Source: Gammaproteobacteria bacterium (GTDB lineage Bacteria > Pseudomonadota > Gammaproteobacteria > GCA-001735895). Taken from it: 64,000 bases of DNA. The DNA lies in the NCBI GenBank assembly GCA_050298595.1, contig JBNKUM010000075.1, forward strand, positions 29,597-93,596, written 5' to 3'. The notes beneath the pieces were generated by a model. That model did not search any database. It saw nothing but the letters and a program-made list of their open reading frames with translations, and was not told the DNA's origin. This document shows positions 19,900 through 30,622 of the stretch, piece by piece; position 1 is the first letter of the stretch, and every line of letters starts with the position of its first letter. Both the position numbers and the translations under genes were made by a program.

Positions 19900-21558
19900 A
19901 TGCAGAAAATCTGGTTAAATTCTTACCCTGAAGGAATCGCTCATGAAATAAACGTTGATGAGTATCAATCGGTTGCAGAAGTATTTGAGACGTCGGTAGA
20001 AAAATATACTGATTTACCCGCCTTTAGTAATATGGGGAAAACACTCAGCTACTCGGAGATGGATCGTCTGACCCGTGACCTGGCTGCCTATCTACAATCT
20101 ATTCCTGGGATGCAAAAAGGGGATCGAGTAGCGATAATGATGCCCAATATTCTGCAAAACCCTATAGCAATATTTGCCATACTGCGTGGAGGTTTTACGG
20201 TGGTTAATACCAATCCTCTGTATACAACTCGTGAGCTAAGGCATCAGCTTAAAGACTCTGGCGCAAAAGTTATTATCGTTGTCGATAACTTTTGTCACAC
20301 TCTTGATGAAGTCATTAAAGATACCGATGTGCAGCAGGTGATTACAACACAATTGGGTGATTTGCTTAAATTCCCAAAATCACTGATTGTTAATCTGGTG
20401 GTGAAATACGTCAAAAAGATGGTGCCTGAATACTCGCTGCCAGGAAGGGTGACCTTTAAAAGAGCTTTGAAACTGGGTAGGAACAAACAGTTTACGAAGC
20501 CGAAGATTGGCCATGAAGATATCGCATTCCTGCAATATACCGGCGGCACCACCGGTCTGGCCAAAGGTGCGATTCTGACCAATCGGAATATGGTTGCGAA
20601 TATGCAGCAGGCATCAGAATGGATAAACATCGCTGTTGAACCGAAGCAGGAGCTGATCGTAACCGCATTACCGCTTTATCATATCTTTTCACTCACAGCG
20701 AACTGCCTGACTTTTATGAAGTTTGGTGCGCATAACTATTTGATCACCAATCCTCGTGATATGGCAGGTTTTGTCAAAGAGTTAAGTGGTGTGAAGTTCA
20801 GTATTATAACAGGGGTGAATACCCTGTTTAATGGATTGCTTAATACCCCTGGTTTTGCCGAGTTAGATTTTTCGTCACTCAAGCTAACACTAGGAGGAGG
20901 TATGGCGGTTCAACAGGCGGTTGCCGAGCATTGGCGACGCGTGACAGGTGCGCCATTACTGGAGGCCTATGGCTTAACAGAAACCTCACCTGCAGTGTGT
21001 ATTAACCCGTTAAATCTGCATGACTTTAATGGCAGTATTGGCTTGCCGGTACCCTCTACCGAGGTGTCGATACGTAGTGATGATGGTGAATTTATGCCTC
21101 AGGGTGAGGTCGGTGAATTGTGTGTCAGAGGGCCTCAGGTAATGCGAGGCTACTGGAATAAACCCGATGAAACTGCCTTTGTACTGGATGATCAGGGCTG
21201 GTTGAAAACCGGTGATATTGCAATGATGGATGAGAAAGGTTTTTTTCGTATCGTAGATCGTAAAAAAGATATGATTCTGGTGTCAGGTTTTAATGTTTAT
21301 CCGAATGAGGTTGAGTCTATTATTGCGGCGTGTCCCGGCGTGTTAGAGGTTGGCGTCATCGGTGTGTCAGATAACAATAGCGGTGAGGCAGTAAAGGCCG
21401 TTATAGTGAAAAATGATGACAGCTTAACCGAAAAAGATGTCATTGATCATTGCCGGAAAAATCTGACTAACTATAAGGTGCCAAAGTTAATTGAGTTTCG
21501 TAATGAGCTACCCAAAACAAATGTTGGCAAGATATTACGTCGCGAACTCAGGAAATAG
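19900..21558 (+). CDS. fadD: Long-chain fatty acid-CoA ligase
   Basis: LQYTGGTTG, YGLTETSP, DRKKDMILVSGFNVYPNE. Confidence 0.95.
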   Translation: MQKIWLNSYPEGIAHEINVDEYQSVAEVFETSVEKYTDLPAFSNMGKTLSYSEMDRLTRDLAAYLQSIPGMQKGDRVAIMMPNILQNPIAIFAILRGGFTVVNTNPLYTTRELRHQLKDSGAKVIIVVDNFCHTLDEVIKDTDVQQVITTQLGDLLKFPKSLIVNLVVKYVKKMVPEYSLPGRVTFKRALKLGRNKQFTKPKIGHEDIAFLQYTGGTTGLAKGAILTNRNMVANMQQASEWINIAVEPKQELIVTALPLYHIFSLTANCLTFMKFGAHNYLITNPRDMAGFVKELSGVKFSIITGVNTLFNGLLNTPGFAELDFSSLKLTLGGGMAVQQAVAEHWRRVTGAPLLEAYGLTETSPAVCINPLNLHDFNGSIGLPVPSTEVSIRSDDGEFMPQGEVGELCVRGPQVMRGYWNKPDETAFVLDDQGWLKTGDIAMMDEKGFFRIVDRKKDMILVSGFNVYPNEVESIIAACPGVLEVGVIGVSDNNSGEAVKAVIVKNDDSLTEKDVIDHCRKNLTNYKVPKLIEFRNELPKTNVGKILRRELRK

Positions 21559-21585
21559 TTAGTAAAGGTTTTCTATCAGAAGAGG

Positions 21586-22806
21586 CTACTCCTTAATGCT
21601 GTAGCCAGCATCGATGACCACCTGCTTCAGCAGCTTGCTATCTATCTGGCTATCGCAGTTTATAATGACATTGCCGCTGGCCAGATCAGGGGTGGCTTCT
21701 TCAACACCATCAACTGCTTCGAGTGATTTTTTAACATTCGCCACACAGTGCTGGCAGGTCATGCCTTCGACATTTAATGTAATACCCATATCGTTCTCCT
21801 GATGTTTTTCAAGGTTAATTTGCTTTCTTTTTGATCGCTCTACATATAGCCAGATGGTCATAAATGCAAGCACTACCAGGCTAACTATGCCCACTAGATT
21901 GTTACCGTGCTGATGCAGTTGGATAAGGACCTGCTGGGAGAAAAAGGCTTCAAAAAACAATGCAAACCCAATGCTCATAATAATCACAGTAGCCAGGTAA
22001 ACCGCTAGCAGGCGAATGCCTAGTGTCCGATAAATAGCACCCATGGTGGCGATATTAGTGACGGGGCCAGCCATCAGAAATACCAGTGCAGTACCCAGTG
22101 GCATGCCTGCCAGAACCAGTGATGCAGCAATGGGCACTGAGCCGGTAGCGCATACGTATAAAGGTATCGAAATGAGTAGCATCAGAAGCATGCCGCTGAT
22201 ACCCTGAGTCAGGGCCATATCGGAAAAATAATTTTCCGGAGTTAATGCGGTGATCAAAGCAGCCAGCAGTACGCCAATAAAAATCCATTTATCAATAGCG
22301 CCATACAGGTCGTACACCGTGTATTCCCAGAACTCATGCCAGGTTTTTGGCGTAGGCTCATAAACAGCGGAATAGTTTTCAACAATCTCAGACGGTTTAT
22401 CAGCATAATCGGCAATCATGCCGCCAATAATACCGGTTACAAAAGCGGTTAATACCTTGAAAATGGCGAACGGCCAGCCGAGGAAATTGGCACACACCAG
22501 TACCGAATCTAACCCGGTTTGTGGTGTGCTAATCAGAAATGCAGTGGTTGCACCATTTGATGCACCTTCCTTACGTAAGCCAAGGGCCGTGGGTACAACG
22601 CCGCAGGAACATAAAGGTAAGGGTACGCCAACTAGAACTGATTTGAATACACTGGATAAGCTACGTCGACTTAATGTGCGATGGATAAATCCAGCAGGGA
22701 TTAGCAAATGAATTAAACCGGCCAGGATCAATCCGCCCAGCAAAGGTGGGCTCAGTTCCAGTAATATCTGCCATAATGAGAGAAAGTATTCATTAATCAG
22801 AGGCAC
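21586..22806 (-). CDS. ArsP/SO_0444-like permease with C-terminal HMA metal-binding domain
   Basis: PLPLCSCGVVP, PLYVCATGSVP, GMTCQHC. Confidence 0.87.
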   Translation of the reverse strand: MPLINEYFLSLWQILLELSPPLLGGLILAGLIHLLIPAGFIHRTLSRRSLSSVFKSVLVGVPLPLCSCGVVPTALGLRKEGASNGATTAFLISTPQTGLDSVLVCANFLGWPFAIFKVLTAFVTGIIGGMIADYADKPSEIVENYSAVYEPTPKTWHEFWEYTVYDLYGAIDKWIFIGVLLAALITALTPENYFSDMALTQGISGMLLMLLISIPLYVCATGSVPIAASLVLAGMPLGTALVFLMAGPVTNIATMGAIYRTLGIRLLAVYLATVIIMSIGFALFFEAFFSQQVLIQLHQHGNNLVGIVSLVVLAFMTIWLYVERSKRKQINLEKHQENDMGITLNVEGMTCQHCVANVKKSLEAVDGVEEATPDLASGNVIINCDSQIDSKLLKQVVIDAGYSIKE

Positions 22807-22818
22807 TATACATACCTG

Positions 22819-23076
22819 TTATTGTTGAACCCATTTGCCATGTTTCTGGTTCCAGATCTTAGTTTTCTCAGTTGAGATAAAATCGTTACCATCAATTTGG
22901 CCGTTATACATTATGGTATCGCCGAAATAGGCCCACATATGTCCATCATCGGTATCCAGAATCAGATAGTTTTTGCCATTCCAGTAAGCCTGGTAACGGC
23001 CTTCTTTTGCATCTGCTGTAGTGGTGATAAGTAAAAATGCACTGATAAATATTAAGGTAAGTAGTTTAAGTTTCAT
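22819..23076 (-). CDS. Small secreted hypothetical protein
   Basis: Signal peptide ending ADA; RBS gagga. Confidence 0.7.
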   Translation of the reverse strand: MKLKLLTLIFISAFLLITTTADAKEGRYQAYWNGKNYLILDTDDGHMWAYFGDTIMYNGQIDGNDFISTEKTKIWNQKHGKWVQQ

Positions 23077-23119
23077 CTTGATTTCCTCTTTAATAGAAAT
23101 CCTATTATAGATAGAGGGG

Positions 23120-23437
23120 TTAGTTATGGCCGCTAATTTTGGCGTGTAAAGGCCTGGTTTGTTGAAAAGTTCTCATCTGTTCCTCAGTGGCAGGGGTTTG
23201 ATGGTCGCGCTTCCACTGTTCGATGGACATGCCATAAACCTTTTCCTGAGCCCCGGCATAATCCATTTCAAGACCCTGATTAAGTGCTTCGGCCAGATAC
23301 CATTTTGCAAGGCAGTTGCGGCAAAAACCGGCCAGGTTCATCAAGTCTATATTTTGCACATCGGTGCGTTCCTGCAAATGTTTTACAAGGCCACGAAAAG
23401 CGGCGGCTTCAATTTCGATCTGTTGTTCTCTGGTCAT
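23120..23437 (-). CDS. DUF1244 family protein
   Basis: EAAAFR.L..HL..R.DVQNIDLMNLAGFCRNCL. Confidence 0.88.
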   Translation of the reverse strand: MTREQQIEIEAAAFRGLVKHLQERTDVQNIDLMNLAGFCRNCLAKWYLAEALNQGLEMDYAGAQEKVYGMSIEQWKRDHQTPATEEQMRTFQQTRPLHAKISGHN

Positions 23438-23479
23438 GATAAACTCCGCGTAATGAACCTCTACCCTAACACAAATTCG

Positions 23480-25531
23480 ATGCAGGATTTAACGCAAAAT
23501 GAAAGGCTATTAAGCTGGTTTGATGCGCTAAAAAACAATCTGGAAGATTCGCATCAGCGCGCTTGTGTGATGCTACGTGGACCGAAAGAGTGGTCATTGG
23601 CGGTAATACAGTTATGTATCGGCAAAAGCCCGTTATTTTTGTCGAATGATAAAGCCATGCCGGGCGCGGTAAGTTTTTCCAGGGCAGAAAATCTACTGGG
23701 CCAGGAAGCTGATAGCCTGGTATACGACCTGTATGGTGGTATCAATAGTGATGTACTGTGTATGGCAGCAGGACTTATTCGAAGTGGTGGTATTCTGCTG
23801 CTGCTTTGTCCGCAGGAATTGAATCCAGGTGATGATGTTTATGGTCATTGGCAGGGAAACGCGGCACAGAGTCCAGTATTTTTTAACTACCTGATGGATC
23901 AATGGTCTACCTGTGAAAGCTATTTCTGCATTCAACCCACACAACCTTTACCCACAATAAAACCTTTTACAGTCTCTCCCGTGGTAGAAATTGAACAGGG
24001 TAAAACTCGCGATCAGCAGGTATTAATTCAGCAGTTGCACAGTTGGTATGAAGATAAAGCAAAGCCTCTTTTTCTACTGACCGCAGATCGAGGTCGCGGT
24101 AAAAGTACTGCTCTCGGCATGTTTGCAAATAGTCTTAATAATCATTGTTGCGTTGTGATTACCGCAGCATCGCGTATGCAGGTTGAGATACTGTTGCAGC
24201 AGATCAATGATAAGCCCTCGTTGACGTTCAGGGCTCCAGATGAAATTATCCGCCGACAGCAGACTATCGACGTGTTGATCATTGATGAAGCGGCTATGCT
24301 GCCAGCCAGTGTGTTACAGCAATGTATTGAGCTTGCGCAGAAGACTATTCTATCCACCACTACTGGTGGCTATGAAGGCACCGGGCAGGGCTTTATGTTG
24401 AAGTTTATCGCCGCATTTAATCCACAGCAGATGCAATCCATGCAGCTTTTGCAGGCGGTTCGCTGGGGTCAGAATGACTTGCTGGAACAGAGTATGAATA
24501 ACGCACTACTGCTGAAATCTAGTGAATTGAAGCCTTATGTGAAAGGCACAAAGATCAAAACCAGGCTGATTTCTAAAACAGAACTGGTCAAAGACCTGGC
24601 TTTATTGCGCGAAATCTACCAATTACTGGTATCTGCGCACTATCGTACACGGCCATCTGACCTACGTCAGTTAATGGAGGATGAAAACCAGTTATTGTTG
24701 CTGGCACGCGATGAATTCGCAGTGCTTGGCGTTTTGCTGCTAAACCGTGAAGGCGGTTTTGAGCAGAACCTGAGCGAAGAAATATTCATGGGCAGGCGCA
24801 GACCACAGGGACATTTGCTGGCACAGATGCTAACTGCTCAGGCAGGGATTAAGTATTTTTCCTGTTATCAGGGTTTTAGAGTACAACGCATTGCAGTTGA
24901 AAAGAATTTCAGGCGTAAAGGATTGGGACGAATGCTGATCCAGCACGCAAGAGACCTGGTGGACTTGCATCAAGTGGATTATCTGGGCAGTAGTTTTGCG
25001 CTGGATCAGATTAATGCGGCTTTCTGGAAGTCCTGTGGATTTCAGCTGGTACACATCGCCTCTGGTAAAGGCAAATCCAGTGGGCGGCAAACAGTGGTGG
25101 TTTTGCAAAGTAGTTGTGCAGACGTCACTGCTGATATGCAAACACTGCAGAATAAAATTCAACGTGATCTTGCGTTATGGTTGCTAAGTTACTGTAATGA
25201 AATGTTCTGGCGCGATGTCATTGCGCTGTTATCGCTGGTTATTACTGAAAATCCACTTACCCATCAGGATGAAGATGAAATCCGAGCCTTTGCTTTTGGT
25301 TTTCACGGTCTGGACTACAGCCTGCCCGCATTACAACGTTTACTAATCAGTCAATCAGGTAAATTATCCCAATTTGATCCAAATACCCGGCGCTTACTGG
25401 TAGAGAAAATATTACTCAACCGGAGCTGGGAAGCCGTTTTGGGGCATAGTGATTTTGCTGGCCGCAAACCCCTGCTACAAAACCTTCGACATAATATTAG
25501 TGAATTATATGAACAGTCTTATGCATCCTGA
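23480..25531 (+). CDS. tmcA: tRNA(Met) cytidine acetyltransferase (start about 23453-23480)
   Basis: TADRGRGKS, DEAA, GYEGTGQGF, AHYRTRPSDL, RRPQGHL, GNAT domain. Confidence 0.9.
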   Translation: MQDLTQNERLLSWFDALKNNLEDSHQRACVMLRGPKEWSLAVIQLCIGKSPLFLSNDKAMPGAVSFSRAENLLGQEADSLVYDLYGGINSDVLCMAAGLIRSGGILLLLCPQELNPGDDVYGHWQGNAAQSPVFFNYLMDQWSTCESYFCIQPTQPLPTIKPFTVSPVVEIEQGKTRDQQVLIQQLHSWYEDKAKPLFLLTADRGRGKSTALGMFANSLNNHCCVVITAASRMQVEILLQQINDKPSLTFRAPDEIIRRQQTIDVLIIDEAAMLPASVLQQCIELAQKTILSTTTGGYEGTGQGFMLKFIAAFNPQQMQSMQLLQAVRWGQNDLLEQSMNNALLLKSSELKPYVKGTKIKTRLISKTELVKDLALLREIYQLLVSAHYRTRPSDLRQLMEDENQLLLLARDEFAVLGVLLLNREGGFEQNLSEEIFMGRRRPQGHLLAQMLTAQAGIKYFSCYQGFRVQRIAVEKNFRRKGLGRMLIQHARDLVDLHQVDYLGSSFALDQINAAFWKSCGFQLVHIASGKGKSSGRQTVVVLQSSCADVTADMQTLQNKIQRDLALWLLSYCNEMFWRDVIALLSLVITENPLTHQDEDEIRAFAFGFHGLDYSLPALQRLLISQSGKLSQFDPNTRRLLVEKILLNRSWEAVLGHSDFAGRKPLLQNLRHNISELYEQSYAS

Positions 25532-26819
25532 ATTTAGAGGCGCCGATAATTGGGTTAATCAAGATAAAGATTATGTCTGGCACCCCTATTCAGCTATGGG
25601 TTCAGAACAGCCAGTGTTTCCCGTGCAATCTGCGAAAGGTGTGCGAATCAAGCTGCAGGATGGTCGTCAGTTGATCGATGGCATGTCATCCTGGTGGTGC
25701 GCCGTGCACGGATATAATCACCCCCGTTTGAATCGGGCGATCCAGGATCAGTTACAAACCATGGCACATGTGATGTTTGGCGGGTTAACGCATGAACCGG
25801 CGGTTACGTTGGCAAAAAAACTGGTTGAACTGACTCCAGCATCTTTGGCAACGGTATTCTTTGCGGACAGTGGTTCGGTCTCTGTAGAAGTCGCTATGAA
25901 AATGGCTATCCAGTACTGGAGTGCGAAAGGGCAAAAGAGTAAACAGAAATTTGTCAGTTTGCGTTCTGGGTATCATGGAGATACCTTCGCAGCGATGTCT
26001 GTATGCGATCCAGAAACGGGAATGCATAGCCTTTTTTCCAGGGTATTGACAAAACAGTATTTCGTGCCACAACCATCCTCTCGATTTGCTCAGCCCTGTG
26101 ATGAATCGGAGCTGGAAGCTATGCGAGACACGCTGCAAAACCACCAGAAGGATATAGCAGCAGTCATCCTGGAGCCCATCGTTCAGGGTGCTGGTGGTAT
26201 GTGGTTTTATTCGGCTGATTATCTGGAAGGAGTACGCAAGCTGTGCGATGAATATGAAGTGCTGCTGATAGCTGATGAAATTGCTACTGGTTTTGGTCGT
26301 ACTGGAAAATTTTTTGCCTGTGAACATGCCGGAATATCACCGGATATTATGTGCGTCGGCAAGGCGCTTACCGGTGGCTATATGACATTGGCGGCAACGC
26401 TAACAACTCGGGAAGTCAGTGAGGTCATCAGTAATTCTGACCCTGGTGTCTTCATGCATGGTCCCACATTTATGGCTAACCCCATGGCCTGTGCAGTGTC
26501 CAATGCGAGTATAGATTTGTTGATGTCCTCTTACTGGAGCCAAAAGGTCAAAGCCGTGGAGCAGGGACTCAATGAAGGCCTACAGAAGTGTAGCGAGCTT
26601 ACTTCAGTCAAAGAGGTGCGCGTGTTGGGTGCCATTGGTGTGGTTGAAATGCACAAGCCTGTCGATATGAAAACCATCCAGCCAGCATTTGTTCAAGAGG
26701 GAGTCTGGGTTAGACCATTCGGACGACTGGTATACCTGATGCCACCCTATATCATACAACCACAGGATCTGGCCAGGCTGACTGATGCTGTCTATAGCGT
26801 ATTAAGTAAGCTCAATTAG
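25509..26819 (+). CDS. bioA: Adenosylmethionine-8-amino-7-oxononanoate aminotransferase
   Basis: VWHPY, DGMSSWW, DEIATGFGRTG, GKALTGGY, HGPTFMANP. Confidence 0.95.
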   Translation: MNSLMHPEFRGADNWVNQDKDYVWHPYSAMGSEQPVFPVQSAKGVRIKLQDGRQLIDGMSSWWCAVHGYNHPRLNRAIQDQLQTMAHVMFGGLTHEPAVTLAKKLVELTPASLATVFFADSGSVSVEVAMKMAIQYWSAKGQKSKQKFVSLRSGYHGDTFAAMSVCDPETGMHSLFSRVLTKQYFVPQPSSRFAQPCDESELEAMRDTLQNHQKDIAAVILEPIVQGAGGMWFYSADYLEGVRKLCDEYEVLLIADEIATGFGRTGKFFACEHAGISPDIMCVGKALTGGYMTLAATLTTREVSEVISNSDPGVFMHGPTFMANPMACAVSNASIDLLMSSYWSQKVKAVEQGLNEGLQKCSELTSVKEVRVLGAIGVVEMHKPVDMKTIQPAFVQEGVWVRPFGRLVYLMPPYIIQPQDLARLTDAVYSVLSKLN

Positions 26820-26839
26820 CAGGCATCTGGATCTACTTC

Positions 26840-27265
26840 TTGTCTTTGGCTTATCTCGGTCTTTTTTTATCAGCATTTCTATCAGCTACGTTGTTACCGG
26901 GCAGTTCGGAAATTTTGCTGGTCAGCTTAATGCAGCAGGATTTAAGTCAGGCTCTGCTATGGCTATGGGCAACCTCGGGCAATTCTCTGGGCTCAATAGT
27001 TAACTGGGTACTGGGCAGGTACTTTTTGCATTTCCAGCATAGACGCTGGTTTCCGGTAAACGAGCAGGCGCTGGAAAAAGCCCAGCACTGGTTTCAACGC
27101 TATGGTATCTGGTCATTACTGCTATCATGGGCACCAGTGATTGGCGACCCTTTGACTCTGCTGGCAGGAGTGATGAAGGTCAGGCTGAGCCTGTTCATAT
27201 TGCTGGTAGTTATCGCCAAAGGCGTACGTTATGCGCTATTGCTGGGTCTGGTGAATGGATTCTAG
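26840..27265 (+). CDS. YqaA/DedA family membrane protein
   Basis: FLSATLLPGSSE, WAPVIGDPLT. Confidence 0.88.
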   Translation: MSLAYLGLFLSAFLSATLLPGSSEILLVSLMQQDLSQALLWLWATSGNSLGSIVNWVLGRYFLHFQHRRWFPVNEQALEKAQHWFQRYGIWSLLLSWAPVIGDPLTLLAGVMKVRLSLFILLVVIAKGVRYALLLGLVNGF

Positions 27266-27371
27266 GTTGACACTCAACAAAATTGATCAAAGCTGCCCAG
27301 GAAATCGAGATCGATGATATTATTTCTTTTACTCAGAGAGTAGCGCTCTTCTAATAAATCAGGTAGGCAGA

Positions 27372-27995
27372 ATGACCGATAAACTTTTCAGGGGATATCA
27401 ACGTTTTCGAGAAGGATATTTTGAAAAGAATAAAGACCGGCTAGAGCAGCTCGCGCTAAGTCAGGCGCCTGAGATCGCCATGGTCTCCTGCTGTGATTCG
27501 CGGGTAGATCCTGGCATTTTGTTTGATGTTGATCCCGGTGAAATCTTTGTTATTCGCAATGTGGCAAATCTGGTGCCGCCCTATGAAACTACCGGTAACT
27601 ATCATGGAACCAGTGCTGCGCTGGAATTTGCAGTGACCTGTCTACATGTAAAACAGATTGTAGTGTTAGGGCATGCGAACTGCGGTGGTATCAGAGCTTT
27701 AATGGAACATGAAACCTCATTTCAGGCAAAAGGCTTTATCGATAGCTGGATGAACCTGGCTGCTCCAGCAAAAGAAGAAGTGCTGGCTCGCGAAGATTTG
27801 CATGATATGCAGCAAAAAATTACCGCCTGCGAAAAAACTGCAGTCAGTCATTCATTGCAGAATTTAATGCTGTACCCCTGGATAAAACAAAGAGTTGAAG
27901 CAGGTCAACTGGAATTACTCGGATGCTTTTACGATTTACGTAATGGTGACCTGCTGATTCTGGATAAAAAAGGCTCAGGCCCTGAGCCCGAATAA
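27372..27995 (+). CDS. Beta-class carbonic anhydrase
   Basis: CCDSRV, RNVANLVPP, GHANCGG. Confidence 0.93.
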   Translation: MTDKLFRGYQRFREGYFEKNKDRLEQLALSQAPEIAMVSCCDSRVDPGILFDVDPGEIFVIRNVANLVPPYETTGNYHGTSAALEFAVTCLHVKQIVVLGHANCGGIRALMEHETSFQAKGFIDSWMNLAAPAKEEVLAREDLHDMQQKITACEKTAVSHSLQNLMLYPWIKQRVEAGQLELLGCFYDLRNGDLLILDKKGSGPEPE

Positions 27996-28078
27996 ATAAT
28001 TTAACTTATAGCGCCGCTATAGCTTTTCAGGCCTCAACAAGCTTCTCCTGACTGAGAAGCCTGTTACCTGAATATGTG

Positions 28079-28205
28079 TTATGACATGATCAATCCACCA
28101 CAGACATTCACCGATTGATCGGTAATGTATGTAGCGTCTTCACTGGCCAGAAAAGCGACAAGCCCGGCAACATCGGCTCCGTTCCAGCTCGTTTCACGGG
28201 AAGAT
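28079..28205 (-). pseudogene. C-terminal remnant of a short-chain dehydrogenase/reductase
   Basis: Minus strand reads PVKRAGT/(frameshift)GADVAGLVAFLASEDATYITDQSVNVCGGLIMS*. Confidence 0.75.
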
Positions 28206-28622
28206 TCTATCAATGGCCAAATAGCAGCTTACTTTGCTGGTAGGGGCATGGTCGCTGTAATCCAGGCAGCCAGTGCTGAGAAGAATAAATTTTTTATCGG
28301 TAATCATGTGCACGAATAGCTCTTGCATAATCTGAAATATTAGCAATCTGAGTAAAAGTGATGAGGCTTGTGCTTTCGTACGGAGTAAATATTGTGAGGG
28401 CAGATATATGTGGCTGGTGTGGCATATTACGATATGCTTATTTAGGTAATGTTGGTACAATTCCGCACCGCAGAGCTTAGAGCCAGTCGAGTGTAAAGCT
28501 GTTTTCCTGCGAAGCTTTTAGTAATATTTAATGCTCAGTCATCCTGATTTTCGATTTTCACGATGCAAAATGTAATACAGTTTGTGTAGCGCAACCAATC
28601 AAGTTTGGAGTTCACGAGATAT

Positions 28623-29726
28623 ATGGCAATCAGCAGCCCTAAAGAAATAATTGAAGATATTCGCCAAGGTAAGATGGTCATTCTCATGGATGACGAAGAT
28701 CGCGAAAACGAAGGCGATATCCTGATCGCAGCGGATAAAATAACTCCCGAGGCCATCAACTTTATGGCTACCCATGGTCGTGGTTTGATCTGTCTGACGT
28801 TAACGGCTGAACGTTGCCAGCAGCTAAACCTGCCATTGATGGTTAGTAAAAATACAGAGAGCTTCGAAACTAACTTTACAGTGTCTATAGAAGCAGCAAA
28901 GGGTATCCTGACAGGTATCTCAGCGAAGGACCGTTGTCGTACCATACAGGCTGCCGTTGCAGCAGATGCAATGCCAGAAGATATCGTGATGCCGGGACAT
29001 ATCTTCCCTATCATGGCTCGCCCCGGTGGTGTACTGACCAGAGCAGGGCATACTGAAGCAGGTTGTGACATAGCCCGCATGGCCGGATTGACGCCTGCTA
29101 GTGTAATCGTAGAAATTTTAAACGATGATGGCACTATGGCACGCAGACCCCAACTGGAGATCTTTGCTGAAGAACATGGCATAAAGCTCGGCACCATCGC
29201 TGATCTTATTGCTTACCGATATGCCAATGAAAAGACCATAAAGAGAGTGGATGAATCACCAATACAGACTCCTTTCGGTGAATTCAAGGTTGTTATTTTT
29301 GAAGATTTAATCGATGGCGATATGCATTTCGCACTTATCAAAGGCGACATTGATCCGGATGAAGCAACTCTGGTGCGTGTAGTACATACTCAAAATGCAC
29401 TGGTCGATTTATTACAATCTGGTGATAAGACATGGACCCTGCCGAATGCTATGCAAAAGATCGCGGATGAAGGTGGCGTGCTAGTTATACTGGCCAGTCA
29501 GGAAACCAATCAATCGGTGCTGTATAAAATCCACAAACTCTGTTCAAGAGAGGTTGCGCCAGCAAATACACCAACTCCAGATCAGTTCAATCAGGTCGGT
29601 GCCGGTTCACAAATTCTTTCTGATCTGGGTATCTCAAAGATGCGTCTGTTGACATCCACCTCTCAGCGTTATCATGCCCTGTCCGGTTTTGGTCTTGAGG
29701 TGGTTGAATATATCTGCGAACACTGA
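28623..29726 (+). CDS. ribB: DHBP synthase fused to a degenerate GTP cyclohydrolase II domain (RibBX type)
   Basis: [20 protein letters not shown]; C-terminal domain lacks the Zn-binding cysteines. Confidence 0.88.
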   Translation: MAISSPKEIIEDIRQGKMVILMDDEDRENEGDILIAADKITPEAINFMATHGRGLICLTLTAERCQQLNLPLMVSKNTESFETNFTVSIEAAKGILTGISAKDRCRTIQAAVAADAMPEDIVMPGHIFPIMARPGGVLTRAGHTEAGCDIARMAGLTPASVIVEILNDDGTMARRPQLEIFAEEHGIKLGTIADLIAYRYANEKTIKRVDESPIQTPFGEFKVVIFEDLIDGDMHFALIKGDIDPDEATLVRVVHTQNALVDLLQSGDKTWTLPNAMQKIADEGGVLVILASQETNQSVLYKIHKLCSREVAPANTPTPDQFNQVGAGSQILSDLGISKMRLLTSTSQRYHALSGFGLEVVEYICEH

Positions 29727-29742
29727 CATATTCTAACTCAGC

Positions 29743-30054
29743 ATGGCAAACCAGAATGGCTTACGCTTACTGACCAGGATAGCGACGCTCTATTACACCG
29801 AAGGGATGAAACAGACTGAAATTGCGAGAGTATTAAACCTCTCTCAATCTCAGGTCTCGCGATCGTTAAATCGTTGTGTTAAGGAAGAAGACCCTGTTAT
29901 TTCGATGACATTGGCACAATTAAAAGCCTGTACACGCGTGGTTGCACTCGCTGGAAGTATGCAAAAAGTACCAGCTATCTGGGCCGCACTGAAGGGAGGT
30001 CTCATTGATGTGCTGATTACTGATAGAATCACAGCTGTGGAGTTAGCCCAGTAG
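29743..30054 (+). pseudogene. SorC/DeoR-family sugar-binding regulator with large in-frame internal deletion
   Basis: HTH (LYYTEGMKQTEIARVLNLSQSQVSR) joined directly to the C-terminus (VVALAG..K..AI.AALKGGLIDVLITD); only 103 aa. Confidence 0.8.
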
Positions 30055-30129
30055 CCTGCTGGTGATCTACGGGTTGTCAATTTAGCCTTTTAACTTCAAA
30101 CTTATAATACTTTTATCGGATACCATTTT

Positions 30130-30540
30130 ATGACAAAGAATTTACTACTCATACTGATATTTTTTTTTAGTGCACAGGTCCTTGCAGTCGAGTTTCCCAT
30201 TGAGATATCAGAATACATTGATGATGTTAAAATTGATGCCTATATCAATAAAGAAGACTTGAAAAAAACCAGTCAATGGACACCCTTCGAATCATCTCCT
30301 CCACTTACTATCAACCAGGCCTTAACAGCGATATTGAATGATGAAAAGTCTGAAATTGATTTTACTAATTCACGTGTTATTGGTATTGAATTAAAACCGG
30401 TTCCTCATCACAAATCATACTGGCACTACCTGGTTAAGATAAAAACTATTTCAGAAGAGGGTTCTGAGCCCAGTTTTTTCATAGTGCTGATGGATGGCAA
30501 AGTAATAACGGCAATAAAAGAGCCTGAGTCAATAAAATAA
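30130..30540 (+). CDS. Secreted hypothetical protein
   Basis: Signal peptide ending VLA; 136 aa. Confidence 0.7.
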   Translation: MTKNLLLILIFFFSAQVLAVEFPIEISEYIDDVKIDAYINKEDLKKTSQWTPFESSPPLTINQALTAILNDEKSEIDFTNSRVIGIELKPVPHHKSYWHYLVKIKTISEEGSEPSFFIVLMDGKVITAIKEPESIK

Positions 30541-30622
30541 TAAATAATTAACTCCAGGAGCCTGAATACAGTGTAGCCACTATTCGATTCCCAACCGGTC
30601 TGCTTTAGTTACGGCTCAGAGA

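Noticed and set aside
23159-23479. Long N-terminal extension of TmcA in the ORF track
   Set aside because: It overlaps the divergent DUF1244 gene; the real start is probably 23453 or 23480. The extended starts given for rnfC, rnfA, bioA, fdxN and draG were trimmed for similar reasons.
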